Source: Bugula neritina
Lineage: Eukaryota; Animalia; Bryozoa
Direction: 5' to 3'
Length of the DNA: 64,000 bases
Assembly: GCA_964035545.1 (NCBI GenBank)
Contig: OZ037770.1
Location: forward strand, 4,744,662-4,808,661
Part shown: in pieces, positions 35,699 through 45,807 of the stretch
Numbering within the stretch: position 1 is the stretch's first letter
Layout: the number at the start of each line of letters is the position of its first letter
The notes under the pieces: model-generated
What the model saw: the letters and a program-made list of their open reading frames with translations, nothing else
Databases searched by the model: none
Told to the model about the DNA's origin: nothing
Translations under genes and position numbers: made by a program

Positions 35699-36817
35699 TA
35701 CTATTAATATTAGCTAGTGTTCTATTTCTTACATTATCTTTTTTAACCTATATATAATTTACTTGTAGTTATAGTTTATTTCCACTTAGATCTATAGTTT
35801 TGTCTTAGACCTCAACTGTCTAGCTTCTGCACTGCATTCATGCAGCTGGATGAAGTCATACAAGTATTTTGTACCAACATGACTCTGGAGTAGGTTTATT
35901 CATAGCAACTGTATTATTTCTTCTTATAAACAGCATATAATTATACTTTATTATTATATTATCTAGTTGTCATGTTGTACTATTATATATAGCATCATTA
36001 TAATGGTATAGTATTATTGCATAATGTATAGCATCCTTATATCATAGCATTGTTATATATAGTATCATCTTATAGTTTTGTTATGTATAGTAATATTGTA
36101 TTGCATTATTGTGTAGTATTATTATATAGTACATATAGTTGTAGTAACTCTTTATTGAGTACAGCTGCATGCATATGCATGGTAATAATATAGATATTTT
36201 ATATATTATTATATGATATTATAATAGGCTACAGGGTGTCATTATGCAGTAGTCTGGTCAACTTTGTTTTGGTTTGATATTATATTATATTATGTTAGTC
36301 TTCATAAGTATTTCACTAAGTCTGCCTTTCTTTTTCACATAAAAATGTGTGTGTGATGAGTTTAAAATATTTAAAATTATATAGTACTTTTCTATAAGAC
36401 AACATTATGGTTCAAGTTCTGTTGATTAGTAAAAGTATTATACAGTTAGTTGAACAAAATATTATTATATAATATGTTGCATGCTTGTGAGCACTCATAC
36501 ATAACCTTAAATGTTAAATTAAGTACAAATGCATAGTGTATGATTATATATACAGTAATCATATATTTGTGTGTATTAGTATTGCATTCATTTAATACTA
36601 TAATCTATTTTATTTTAAAATATGTAGAAATTTATTGCAACTAAAACGTAATTCCACATGCAAGTGTTATGATATCATAATATATTTAGTACTGAGAAAT
36701 CTTATTCTGTATTAAAGTCCTATATACGCTATAATAGCATGTTTAGTGTTATGAATTAACATGGTAAATCACTTAACTCTCGTTTGTACTGACAATATAA
36801 CTATAATATGTTTCTAG

Positions 36818-37055
36818 GTTACAGAATCTACAGGAGTTACAGATACTAAACATATCAGAGAAAAACTTTACCAGTCTACCATCTTCAGTGTGCAGATTGA
36901 GTAGTCTGCTAGAACTCGAGTTAAATTAATCTTCAATGACTGCATGACATCGTTTAATCAGCTGAGATGCTATATAGCTTACACATCTTAATTCTTTAGA
37001 CTAGGTGGATGTAATGCTCTTACAGCTCCTCCACTATAAACCTGTAAGAAAGAAG
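36818..37055 (+). pseudogene. Decayed LRR gene fragment: one LRR exon plus an LRR-cap/hinge exon
   Basis: tttctag|G LQNLQELQILNISEKNFTSLPSSVCRLSSLLELELN* (36818-36929) and tctttag|A LGGCNALTAPPL*TCKKE G|gttaga (37000-37055); both contain in-frame stops. Confidence 0.65.
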
Positions 37056-38129
37056 GTTAGATGCTGTAAAACAATACTATAACACAGACTTGATTAAAGG
37101 AGCAGGTAGAAAACTTCCATTCATACAATAACTGTATTGTGAAAGACCAGCTTGCAGAGCACTAATAGGAAGTGGTGTCTGCAGGCTGACAATGTTTGCG
37201 CATATAATTATTAGGCTTATTTTACCACTGTATAAGTATATGTTTATACATCTGTGAGATTTGCCTGGTTTACCTATAAGCTTATGATGTCATTTCCTGT
37301 TACTTTACGCACTCTTGCAGTGTTTCATTTCACTGTATATCATATTATGATTATTTTAATTGATTTGTTTTAATTATTTCAATTGTATATTGTTATCTAT
37401 TAATTCAACGTTATTTACTAGTTATTTATGCCTCACGTACAATCTCAGCACCAGTTTACTAAATTATATACTGCTTATAATATTATGGTTCATTAATTTC
37501 CCACCAATATATATAATGCAAATACCTGTTCTTTCTTTTGAAGGTAATTAGTTGTAATGCTTTTTCTCCATTAGTCATCAACATTATTGCCTTTTTCTAT
37601 TTTTTTGTTTAAACTTCAATTTTATACTCTATGAATAAATTGTATGTGTTTATTATGAAGCTATATATGAGTTTTAATAATTCTACTCAAATGTAGAACT
37701 TTGCTTAGTTTTGAATGACAAATTAATTGTCTAAAAGTTTGAAGGTAAAGAAACTAGTAAAAAGTTTCGTCCATATAGCGGCTGGTTGATGGAAGATTTC
37801 AGATGTAAAACACACATTTATAGGTTGGATAATCAAATTATAATTGACGTGTTAACAATTCTTCAGGGCATGGTGAAAATGTGGCTATACACGTTGTGTG
37901 ACAGCTATAGTCAATAGAATTCAATAAATTTGCACAATTTTTTTAATGATGCTTATTTGTCCCCAAAACTTTGTTAATTTATTGGTAAACCAACTTCTAT
38001 AGCAGTATTATATAATGAAGGCGTAGAAAAGCAAAATATTCTATTGATCTAGAGAACATAATAATCTTAAATATGTGATATATAATAATTTACTGATATG
38101 ACTGACATATTAATACAGGTGCACAGTGA

Positions 38130-38200
38130 AAAATAATTGCCCGGCTGAGATTCGAACCCGTGATCTCTGGCTAACAATTATACACCAATGGACTACTGGG
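38130..38200 (-). mobile_element. Degenerate tRNA-derived SINE head
   Basis: Minus strand GTAGTCCATTGG (A-box-like) ... GGGTTCGAATCTCAGCCGGGC (B-box GTTCGAATC). Confidence 0.5.
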
Positions 38201-38626
38201 TATATTCACATGCAGCACTACACATAGATGTGGTTTCAACGTTTTTGAAAGTATTACATATTTCATTGTCCTAAATATTATAATATGGATATGATTATGT
38301 ATCTTTTACTAAAAAAATATTACTTTGAGACCTACTAATATTATTGATATAATGGTGACATAACCTCATATTAAAATTCACTCTTAATTGCCTGCCAGAT
38401 TTGTTGGAAAAAAATTAGCATGAAGTTCAGCATAAAGTTATTAGAAGCTATAATATGGATTATGTATTTCATTAAGGAGAAAGGATAGGCTGAGTCAAAC
38501 GCTGCAGTTGTGTTCTATACTATGTATTTGTTATCACAAGGGGATCATCAGGTGAGCAGAAACTCTGCATATTGTGATAGATTATGCCTTTGGTTTATTC
38601 TTTTGTTCAATAATGTTAATTGGGGT

Positions 38627-38851
38627 CCGAAATTCGGAGTTCCGAATTTCGGCTTGACCGAAGATCGGTTCCCCCGATCTTCGGGCCTGCCGAATTTCGG
38701 AGCTACCGAACTTCGGGCCACACACACAAAAGATTCTTTGTTTTATGTTCTTTTGTTCGCTGTATATAAAAGCAGGCGAGTTACGGTGTAAAGCCAGTCT
38801 ACTACTGGAGCTCGCCTGGACAAGTTGACATTATTTTTCTAATACAATAAA
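38627..38851 (+). promoter_or_regulatory. LTR promoter: six CCGA-N3-TCGG palindromes, TATA box and poly(A) signal
   Basis: Palindromes start at 38627, 38642, 38658, 38674, 38690 and 38706. TATATAAAA at 38763; AATAAA at 38846. The same arrangement is present in the 3' LTR. Confidence 0.75.
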
Positions 38852-38968
38852 CATTTGGAACTCTACCACTTCAACCTATCTTGTTCTGCACTAAGTTACA
38901 TTCAACCCACAAGTTTATCACATTGGTGGCAGCAGTGGGATTCTGAATACTAGTGTAAGAAGAACAAG

Positions 38969-39874
38969 ATGGCTCCAGGGGGTGAGGAGGCGACCCCTGG
39001 AGCAGCCGCGACACCAACCCTCACTGTGGAGGCTTTGGTGACAGCCCTCCGACAGTTGCAGGGGACAGGGCAGGCGCCACCTGGTGACAGGTACCGCCTC
39101 AGTCCCCCAACTTTTGGAGGTGATGGGGATGTGGAGCAATTCATCCGGGAGTTCCAGGACGTGGCCACCATCGCTGAATGGCCAGTGCCGGTGCGCGTCC
39201 TCCAACTCCGGGCCTGTTTGACAGGCCGGGCCAAGAGTTTCGCTCTGGGGCCCGATGAAGCACACATCTTACGTGCCCTAAGGGCCAGGTTTGGCATGAC
39301 GTCAGAGGAGGCGTCTGACCGCCTACAGGCCCTGAGAAGGGACAGGAGGACATCGTTGGAGGACCACGCCAACGTGGTGGAACGCTTGGCCCAGGCTGCT
39401 TTCAGCCAGGCTACCGGAACGGAAAGACAGCGCCTGGTGTACAACGCGTTTTTCCGGAGTATAAATCATCCTGACCTCCAACGCTATTGGATGGCTAGCA
39501 AGGTGGGCAGCCTGGACGAAGCTCTGGAAACGGGTAAAGCCTATTTCCAGGTAGAGGAGCTTCAGGGACCAAGATTCGCCGCCCGCCAGGTTGTCGATGA
39601 GGAGACCGCCCTGCCTGCTAAACCCCAAGTAGCGGCCGCAGCAACTAAATCACTCGAGCAGACGCAGCTCACCATGTTAATGGACATGATGAAAGGCCTG
39701 CAGGCTACAGTGACGAAGTTGCAGAGCGAACAGGCGGATAGGCGGGCTCCCCGTTCGCGGGACAACCCTGTCCGCCCATCTCTGCTAACCTGTTGGGGGT
39801 GCGGGGTGCAAGGGCATGTGAGGAGGCACTGCCCTAGAGGCCAAGGGCCTTTAAACACCCAAGGCTCACGGTAA
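38969..39874 (+). CDS. Gag of element 4 (301 aa)
   Basis: ATG just after the PBS; LSPPTFGGDGDVEQFIREF; CCHC knuckle CWGCGVQGHVRRHC. Confidence 0.92.
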   Translation: MAPGGEEATPGAAATPTLTVEALVTALRQLQGTGQAPPGDRYRLSPPTFGGDGDVEQFIREFQDVATIAEWPVPVRVLQLRACLTGRAKSFALGPDEAHILRALRARFGMTSEEASDRLQALRRDRRTSLEDHANVVERLAQAAFSQATGTERQRLVYNAFFRSINHPDLQRYWMASKVGSLDEALETGKAYFQVEELQGPRFAARQVVDEETALPAKPQVAAAATKSLEQTQLTMLMDMMKGLQATVTKLQSEQADRRAPRSRDNPVRPSLLTCWGCGVQGHVRRHCPRGQGPLNTQGSR

Positions 39875-42800
39875 CTTCCGCCAACCGTGGGCCTCACGCC
39901 AATCCCATCCGGGATAGGACTCGAAGAGGAGAGGAAGAGACCTCCACAGGGTCTGCCGATACCGAGTGGCAGAGGCCACGGAGATCTCGGAGACCGCAAG
40001 GTCTACCCGATCCTCCGGCCGTGTCACTCGAGACCCGGATGCAGCTAGAAGAAGCAGGATGGCAGGCACCTCGGAGATCTCGGAGACCGCAAGGTCTACC
40101 CGATCCTCCGGCCTGGCCACTCCAGAACCGGTTCGCGGGGTTGCCCGAGGAGGTTGTGGAAGAGGATTCAGCTTACTCGCAAGAGTACCCCAAGCTACCC
40201 TCCCGACCTCAGAAAACCCCCGTTGTCTCTAAGACAAAGAGGAGGCCCGCTGTGCGGACCCAAGTTGTGTCTCCCCCAGAGACTGACCGCTCCAGGAGCA
40301 CCCAGCCGTATGGAAGCAGCTACTTCCTGCCCGGAAAGATTTCGGGTAAAGCTGCCACATTCCTACTGGATACTGGGTGCACTACCAACCTGCTGAGTAG
40401 GCGTCTCTTTGACACCCTTGGTGCACGAGAGCGGGCGAGCCTCGAGCCGTATGAAGGTGCGCATGGTACGTTGGCGGACGGATCATGCATTCCTTTCTAC
40501 GGCATCATTTCACTACCTGGACGCGTCCGTGATCAAGCAATTCACGAGACGTTCATAGTCAGCCAGCTGAAGGAGGACGCCATCCTGGGAATGCCGTTTC
40601 TGGAGAAACACCAGTGTCACATGGATTTCCAGAAGTCAGTGGTGGTGATGGCTGGGAAGGAACTTGTCTGCGTCGACAAGTTCGGGAGGCCCTTGGTGGG
40701 CGGAGTCCAGGTAGTGCGGGACTGCACAGTTCCGGGGAGATCCCAGGCGACCCTTCGCTGCAGAGTCAACTGCAAAGGGATCGCCGACCTGGGGGTGGTT
40801 GAGGGAACGCACGGAGCGATCCGACTAGCAAACAGCCTGAATCGGCTAGATGGTCGGCAAGAGCTCCTCGTGCAGTGTATCAACCCCTTCACGGAACCTG
40901 TCCAATTATCGGCCGGAGCACTGGTGGGGAAGTACCACTCCATCCAGGAAGCGGATGTGGGTCCGGCACTGGAGACAGTGGCCGACACCCAGGGGAACCC
41001 CCTTCACACCAGACGAGGAGCAGTCCCGGAGCATATGGCTGACCTGTATGATGGAGCGTGTGGAAACTGTACAAGTAGTACTGAACGCCAAGTACTGGCT
41101 CAACTACTTGCGGAGTACAGTGATGTCTTCAGTCGTGGCGATAGAGACATGGGGCTGACCAAGGTCATCTCCCACGAGATACCCCTGGCAGCCGGCACCA
41201 CTCCCATCAGGCAGCCTACCCGGCGTCTAGGCCCGGAGAAGGAGAAGGAGGTGAGCCGACAGGTACAGGATCTTCTCGACCGGGATCTGATTGAGCCTGC
41301 CCACGGTGCGTGGAGCTCTCCAGTAGTCCTGGTCAAGAAGAAAGATGGTAGCTGGAGGTTCTGTGTGGACTACCGCAGACTCAACAGCGTTACTATCCAA
41401 GACGCCTACCCTCTCCCTCGGATAGATGAGTCTCTGGATGCCCTCGCGGGTAGCAAGTACTTCAGTACTTTGGATCTGCTTAGCGGGTACTGGCAAGTGC
41501 CTCTCAGTCCTGATGCCCAGGACAAAGCAGCATTCATTACTCGCGACGGGCTCTGGAAGTGGAAAGTACTGCCATTTGGACTAACGTCCGCCCCGGCAAC
41601 TTTCCAACGGCTCATGGAGCAGGTCCTCAGTGGATTACACTGGAAGACCCTCCTCATCTATCTGGACGACGTCATTGTCATCTCCCCAGACTTTTCGACT
41701 CATGTCAGTCGTCTGCGGGAGGTCTTTGACCGCCTCCGGGCAGCTGGACTCAAGCTGAAGCCCTCCAAGTGTGCACTCTTGCAGCCGGAAGTCACGTACC
41801 TGGGTCATGTGGTGGGCCGTGATGGGGTCGCTACCGACCCAGAGAAGGTACAGGCTGTGAAGGAGTGGACTGTCCCCCGTGACCTCCCTGAGTTGCGCGC
41901 ATTCTTGGGCCTAGTAGGGTACTACCGGCAGTACATACCTGGCTTCGCAGGAGTGGCTCAGCCGTTAAATCGGCTGACCGCAAAAGGGGTCCGGTGGCAG
42001 TGGACGCAGGAGGAGCAGCAGGCATTCGACCACCTCAAGCAACGTCTAATGGAGGCGCCAATTCTGGCGTATCCTGATCCAGCCAAGGAGTACATCCTGG
42101 ACACCGACGCCAGTGACCACAGCGTGGGAGCTGTCCTGTCTCAAGTCCAGGGGGGAAGTGAGGTGGTCGTGGCTTACTACAGCAAGACTCTCGCGGCCGC
42201 CGAGAAGAACTACTGCACCACTAGGAAGGAACTCCTAGCAGTAGTCAAGGCGGTCAAGCACTTTCGGCCATATCTGTATGGGAGAACGTTCCGTTTGCGA
42301 ACAGACCATGCATCACTGATATGGCTGTGTAAACGTGCGGAGCCCTCGAGCCAGGTAGCTCGTTGGCTAGAGATTCTTGCCGAGTTCTCCTACCGGGTAG
42401 AACACCGTGCTGGCCGGAAGCACGGGAACGCCGACGGCATGAGCCGCCGGCCGGTAGAGGACTGTAAGCAATGCCTGCACATTGAAAAGCGGGACGGGGG
42501 ACCCGCTCGCCTTGACGTGGAAACAGAGTTAGGGGAGGGCGCCGTCTATCGGTGGGAGCACGGCCATCTTCGGACCGAAACCCACTCAGACGACGTCCAG
42601 GCGCTTCACGCCAACCCCACTCTGTACCAGAATGTCAAGGAGCTGTGCCGACTCCAGGAGACGCTACCCGGCGCGGTAGCAGACATTTTCCGGGCCAAGA
42701 AGGAGGGCCGACGGCCTAGTGAGGAACAGCAGCGGCAGGGAGACGTTGAGTTTCAACTCCTCTGTCGTCGCTGGGATGCCCTCAAGGTCAGTCCTGATGG

Positions 42801-45516
42801 CCTCCTGATGATAACGTTAGCAGCAGACAACCGTCAGCAGGAGAGGGACCGCGTCGTCTGTCCACGCGCCCTCCGACGGGAACTGATCTGGGACACCCAT
42901 AAGCAGGCTCATTCTGGAGTCAGTCGGGTCATCAGGTGTCTGCGGCTGCGTTGGTATTGGCCCGGAATGACTCGGGACGTACGACTGCGGGTACGGCAAT
43001 GCGAGGTCTGCCAAGCTAGCAAGCATGGCCGCCCCACGGAAACCACTGGTCGACGCCGGCTGTACGCTGGTCGACCGTGGCAAGTAGTGGCGGTAGACCT
43101 TGTCGGGCCTATGCCGTTATCCGCCAGAGGGAACACCTGGATACTGGTGCTCACGGACCACTTTACCCGGTGGGCGGATGCTCTGGCTATCCCAGACGCA
43201 ACCGCCCCCACGGTGGCCCGGACCCTGGACCAACATGTGTTCTGTTACCTCGGTTTGCCCGAGCAGATACATACGGACCAGGGTGCCCAGTTCCAGTCCC
43301 AGCTCATGGGAGACCTCTGCCGGATATGGGGGGTGAACCAGAGTCGGACCACCCCATATCACCCACAAGGGAATGGAGTCGTCGAGCGGAACAACAGGAT
43401 GTTGGGTGACGCCCTCAGGAGCCTGCTCCTTGGTCGAGGTCAGGAAGAATGGGACGTGGTGCTGCCACAAATCATGCGGGCTTACCGCAGCACACCACAC
43501 TCCACCACACAGGAGACCCCAAACTTCCTGATGCTAGGCCGGGAAACGCGGGTTCCGGAACACCTGACATACCATGTTCCCGCCCCCGAATCACCGGTAC
43601 ATGAGTACGTAGAAAGACTGACAGAGATCATGGGTAAAGCCCATGATGCACTGCGGGCCCAGCAGTGGCAGATCCGCACAGAGGACTCAGAAGAGCCCCC
43701 ATTGTATCAGGTGGGAGACTGGGTCTGGATGGTGAGCTATCGTAGGCGTCGCGGACAGTCGGCTAAACTTCAGCCCAAGTTCGTGGGTCCCTACTGCGTG
43801 GTGGAGGTGCTGGCCAACCACACATACCGTGTGGAGCGCTCTGGACAGGTCTCAGTCCAGAGCGAACAGCGCCTGAAACCATACCATGCCAGCCCAGACG
43901 CGGTGGGTCAGGCTCCACCCCTCCTGGAGCCCAACCGCCAGCCTAACCAGCGGGGGAGAGTCACCCGGCCCCGGGAGGTGGAAATTGTCATCCGAAGGGA
44001 GGCAGAACAGGAGCAGGCTGCCCTACGAGAACAGTTGGAACAACAACAGAGGCAGGAGCAGCAGCAGCAACACGCCCCAGAGCCACCACCCCTCTTGGGG
44101 GAGGACACCCCCACCCGTATTACGGGTGAAGGCGGGGACCCCCCTACGGTGGCAACTGAGGAGCAACTGGCACCACCAGCACCCGCACCGCTGGAAAGGA
44201 GCCAGCGAGCGAGGAAACCACCCGGATATCTGGCAGACTATCACATAGGACACCTAGGGTTGCCCCCCCCAAGTGGGAATCCATCTGTCCAGGGCCATTA
44301 TTCCTCCTTAGTTAGTAAATTCTTCCACCCTCCTGGAGAATCACTACAAAAAGGAACAGTTGCAAACCGAAATTCGGAGGGCACGCGATTGTCTGAGTTG
44401 TCCCTTCAAAACTCGATGGGAATTCCCCACGATCGCGTAGCAGGTAAAAATATTGAAACACGAGGCTCGGCCATTTGCACTACTACTAACCCACTAGTAA
44501 CACGCAATTTTAAAGCTGAAACTTGTAATCGAATTAATCACAAATTGGATATGGGTATTACTCTTCCCGGTAACAACACTACAAACACAGGTATTTCATT
44601 AGAGTCAGAGCCTCCCGTACCGGAGTCTGACTCAACTGTAATTAATTGGGCTAGTTTAGATTTGTTAGAATCTAGTTTATTAACGGAGGAAGTCGATGTG
44701 AGTTTTGGAGAAGACTCTCTAAATGAGTTTTTATTAGACCAGGACATAGGGTCAGTCACTCTCCATGACTCACCTCGGCTCCCTACCACCCACAAAGTAC
44801 CCTATAAGGCGATGCCGAATTTCGGCGATGGCGAGACCGGCCTTACTCGGCCTCTGCTGTCTATTGTAGACACTGCAATGGAGTGTGATGAGGTGGAGGT
44901 CAGTCGAGTCGACTCCCCCCCTCCACCAGCCCCCGTGACGGCTCCTTGCAGCCCGCGGGTCGCCACAGACCGGACTGAGGTGCTATCCACCATGAATAGT
45001 GACCCTGTCGCCAACCCAGTTGAGCTACAATTAGCCGCCGGGGAGGAACAGGGAATACTATGCGGTGTGCCCTCCTCTACTCGAGCTGAAGACGGTGACA
45101 CCCCCACCTTGGCTCTACCCCAGGCACTGGTCGCCCGCCAGTCCTGGGTCTCTCGCGACACTAATCAGCAGATTAGTGAAGCATGCGGGGCAGCGGGCAA
45201 CCGCATCTGCCGGCAATGTCGGAGGAAATTCTCCTCCTCCCGGCGGTTGCGTGTTCACGCCCCACAACATTTCATCAATGTATTCTGCCCTTGCGGCGAA
45301 TACTCCTACCAGCGGGATTATGTGCTGCGCCACCAGCGCATCTCGCGCTGCCACTCAGGTCACGTGTTCACCGTGGATCAGGCCACATTTCCGGAGTTCC
45401 GGGACCTCATCCTGCCGCACGTCGCGGACCCCCACAAGCGTGCCACCCTCGGCCAAGGGTTTCCGGCGTGCAGAGCAATTCAAGAAGAAGACGGAGAACC
45501 CGCCGCCGCCCTCTAA
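39850..45516 (+). CDS. Pol of element 4 (PR-RT-RH-IN plus a long C-terminal extension with zinc fingers), probably expressed by -1 frameshift
   Basis: Frame open from the TTTAAAC at 39850. Motifs LLDTGC, YLDD, LDTDAS / KELLA / RTDH / NADG, HHCC, VAVDLV / HTDQG / VVERNN, KFVGPY; all catalytic residues intact. Confidence 0.95.
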   Translation, partial: FKHPRLTVTSANRGPHANPIRDRTRRGEEETSTGSADTEWQRPRRSRRPQGLPDPPAVSLETRMQLEEAGWQAPRRSRRPQGLPDPPAWPLQNRFAGLPEEVVEEDSAYSQEYPKLPSRPQKTPVVSKTKRRPAVRTQVVSPPETDRSRSTQPYGSSYFLPGKISGKAATFLLDTGCTTNLLSRRLFDTLGARERASLEPYEGAHGTLADGSCIPFYGIISLPGRVRDQAIHETFIVSQLKEDAILGMPFLEKHQCHMDFQKSVVVMAGKELVCVDKFGRPLVGGVQVVRDCTVPGRSQATLRCRVNCKGIADLGVVEGTHGAIRLANSLNRLDGRQELLVQCINPFTEPVQLSAGALVGKYHSIQEADVGPALETVADTQGNPLHTRRGAVPEHMADLYDGACGNCTSSTERQVLAQLLAEYSDVFSRGDRDMGLTKVISHEIPLAAGTTPIRQPTRRLGPEKEKEVSRQVQDLLDRDLIEPAHGAWSSPVVLVKKKDGSWRFCVDYRRLNSVTIQDAYPLPRIDESLDALAGSKYFSTLDLLSGYWQVPLSPDAQDKAAFITRDGLWKWKVLPFGLTSAPATFQRLMEQVLSGLHWKTLLIYLDDVIVISPDFSTHVSRLREVFDRLRAAGLKLKPSKCALLQPEVTYLGHVVGRDGVATDPEKVQAVKEWTVPRDLPELRAFLGLVGYYRQYIPGFAGVAQPLNRLTAKGVRWQWTQEEQQAFDHLKQRLMEAPILAYPDPAKEYILDTDASDHSVGAVLSQVQGGSEVVVAYYSKTLAAAEKNYCTTRKELLAVVKAVKHFRPYLYGRTFRLRTDHASLIWLCKRAEPSSQVARWLEILAEFSYRVEHRAGRKHGNADGMSRRPVEDCKQCLHIEKRDGGPARLDVETELGEGAVYRWEHGHLRTETHSDDVQALHANPTLYQNVKELCRLQETLPGAVADIFRAKKEGRRPSEEQQRQGDVEFQLLCRRWDALKVSPDGLLMITLAADNRQQERDRVVCPRALRRELIWDTHKQAHSGVSRVIRCLRLRWYWPGMTRDVRLRVRQCEVCQASKHGRPTETTGRRRLYAGRPWQVVAVDLVGPMPLSARGNTWILVLTDHFTRWADALAIPDATAPTVARTLDQHVFCYLGLPEQIHTDQGAQFQSQLMGDLCRIWGVNQSRTTPYHPQGNGVVERNNRMLGDALRSLLLGRGQEEWDVVLPQIMRAYRSTPHSTTQETPNFLMLGRETRVPEHLTYHVPAPESPVHEYVERLTEIMGKAHDALRAQQWQIRTEDSEEPPLYQVGDWVWMVSYRRRRGQSAKLQPKFVGPYCVVEVLANHTYRVERSGQVSVQSEQRLKPYHASPDAVGQAPPLLEPNRQPNQRGRVTRPREVEIVIRREAEQEQAALREQLEQQQRQEQQQQHAPEPPPLLGEDTPTRITGEGGDPPTVATEEQLAPPAPAPLERSQRARKPPGYLADYHIGHLGLPPPSGNPSVQGHYSSLVSKFFHPPGESLQKGTVANRNSEGTRLSELSLQNSMGIPHDRVAGKNIETRGSAICTTTNPLVTRNFKAETCNRINHKLDMGITLPGNNTTNTGISLESEPPVPESDSTVINWASLDLLESSLLTEEVDVSFGEDSLNEFLLDQDIGSVTLHDSPRLPTTHKVPYKAMPNFGDGETGLTRPLLSIVDTAMECDEVEVSRVDSPPPPAPVTAPCSPRVATDRTEVLSTMNSDPVANPVELQLAAGEEQGILCGVPSSTRAEDGDTPTLALPQALVARQSWVSRDTNQQISEACGAAGNRICRQCRRKFSSSRRLRVHAPQHFINVFCPCGEYSYQRDYVLRHQRISRCHSGHVFTVDQATFPEFRDLILPHVADPHKRATLGQGFPACRAIQEEDGEPAAAL

Positions 45517-45807
45517 CCAGCAGCCACCCAGCCTCTTCGGGTCATGCTGACAAGGGTCGGGGATGGTGCCAGACCCGGTACATCGGACCTGGACCCCCGC
45601 TCCTCGGCGGCAAGCAGACACCACCCAGAGCGCAGACAACACCCGGAGCGCAACACACTCCGCTCCCGACCGCAACTAGAAGAGGAGGTGCGCCACTTAC
45701 GGCGCCGCGTGGCACGGTGTGAGGAAGATCTGACACAATTGCGACGACGACTGATCCGGCTGGAACGACGTCAGACCGACAACGACGATGGGACATGGAG
45801 GGAGTGA
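45517..45807 (+). CDS. In-frame continuation after the pol stop codon, encoding a coiled coil
   Basis: Same frame as pol after a single TAA; LEEEVRHLRRRVARCEEDLTQLRRRLIRLERR heptads; corresponds to the C-terminus of the element 3 accessory ORF. Confidence 0.6.
   Translation, partial: PAATQPLRVMLTRVGDGARPGTSDLDPRSSAASRHHPERRQHPERNTLRSRPQLEEEVRHLRRRVARCEEDLTQLRRRLIRLERRQTDNDDGTWRE

Noticed and set aside
38130-38200. Functional tRNA gene
   Set aside because: Only A-box and B-box remnants; no complete cloverleaf or anticodon arm.
38918-45796. Many overlapping and antisense ORFs in elements 3 and 4
   Set aside because: Expected by-products of GC-rich coding sequence; no motifs or independent support.
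44250-45807. env gene in element 4
   Set aside because: No signal peptide, furin site with fusion peptide, or TM helix; the region encodes a low-complexity linker, zinc fingers and a coiled coil.
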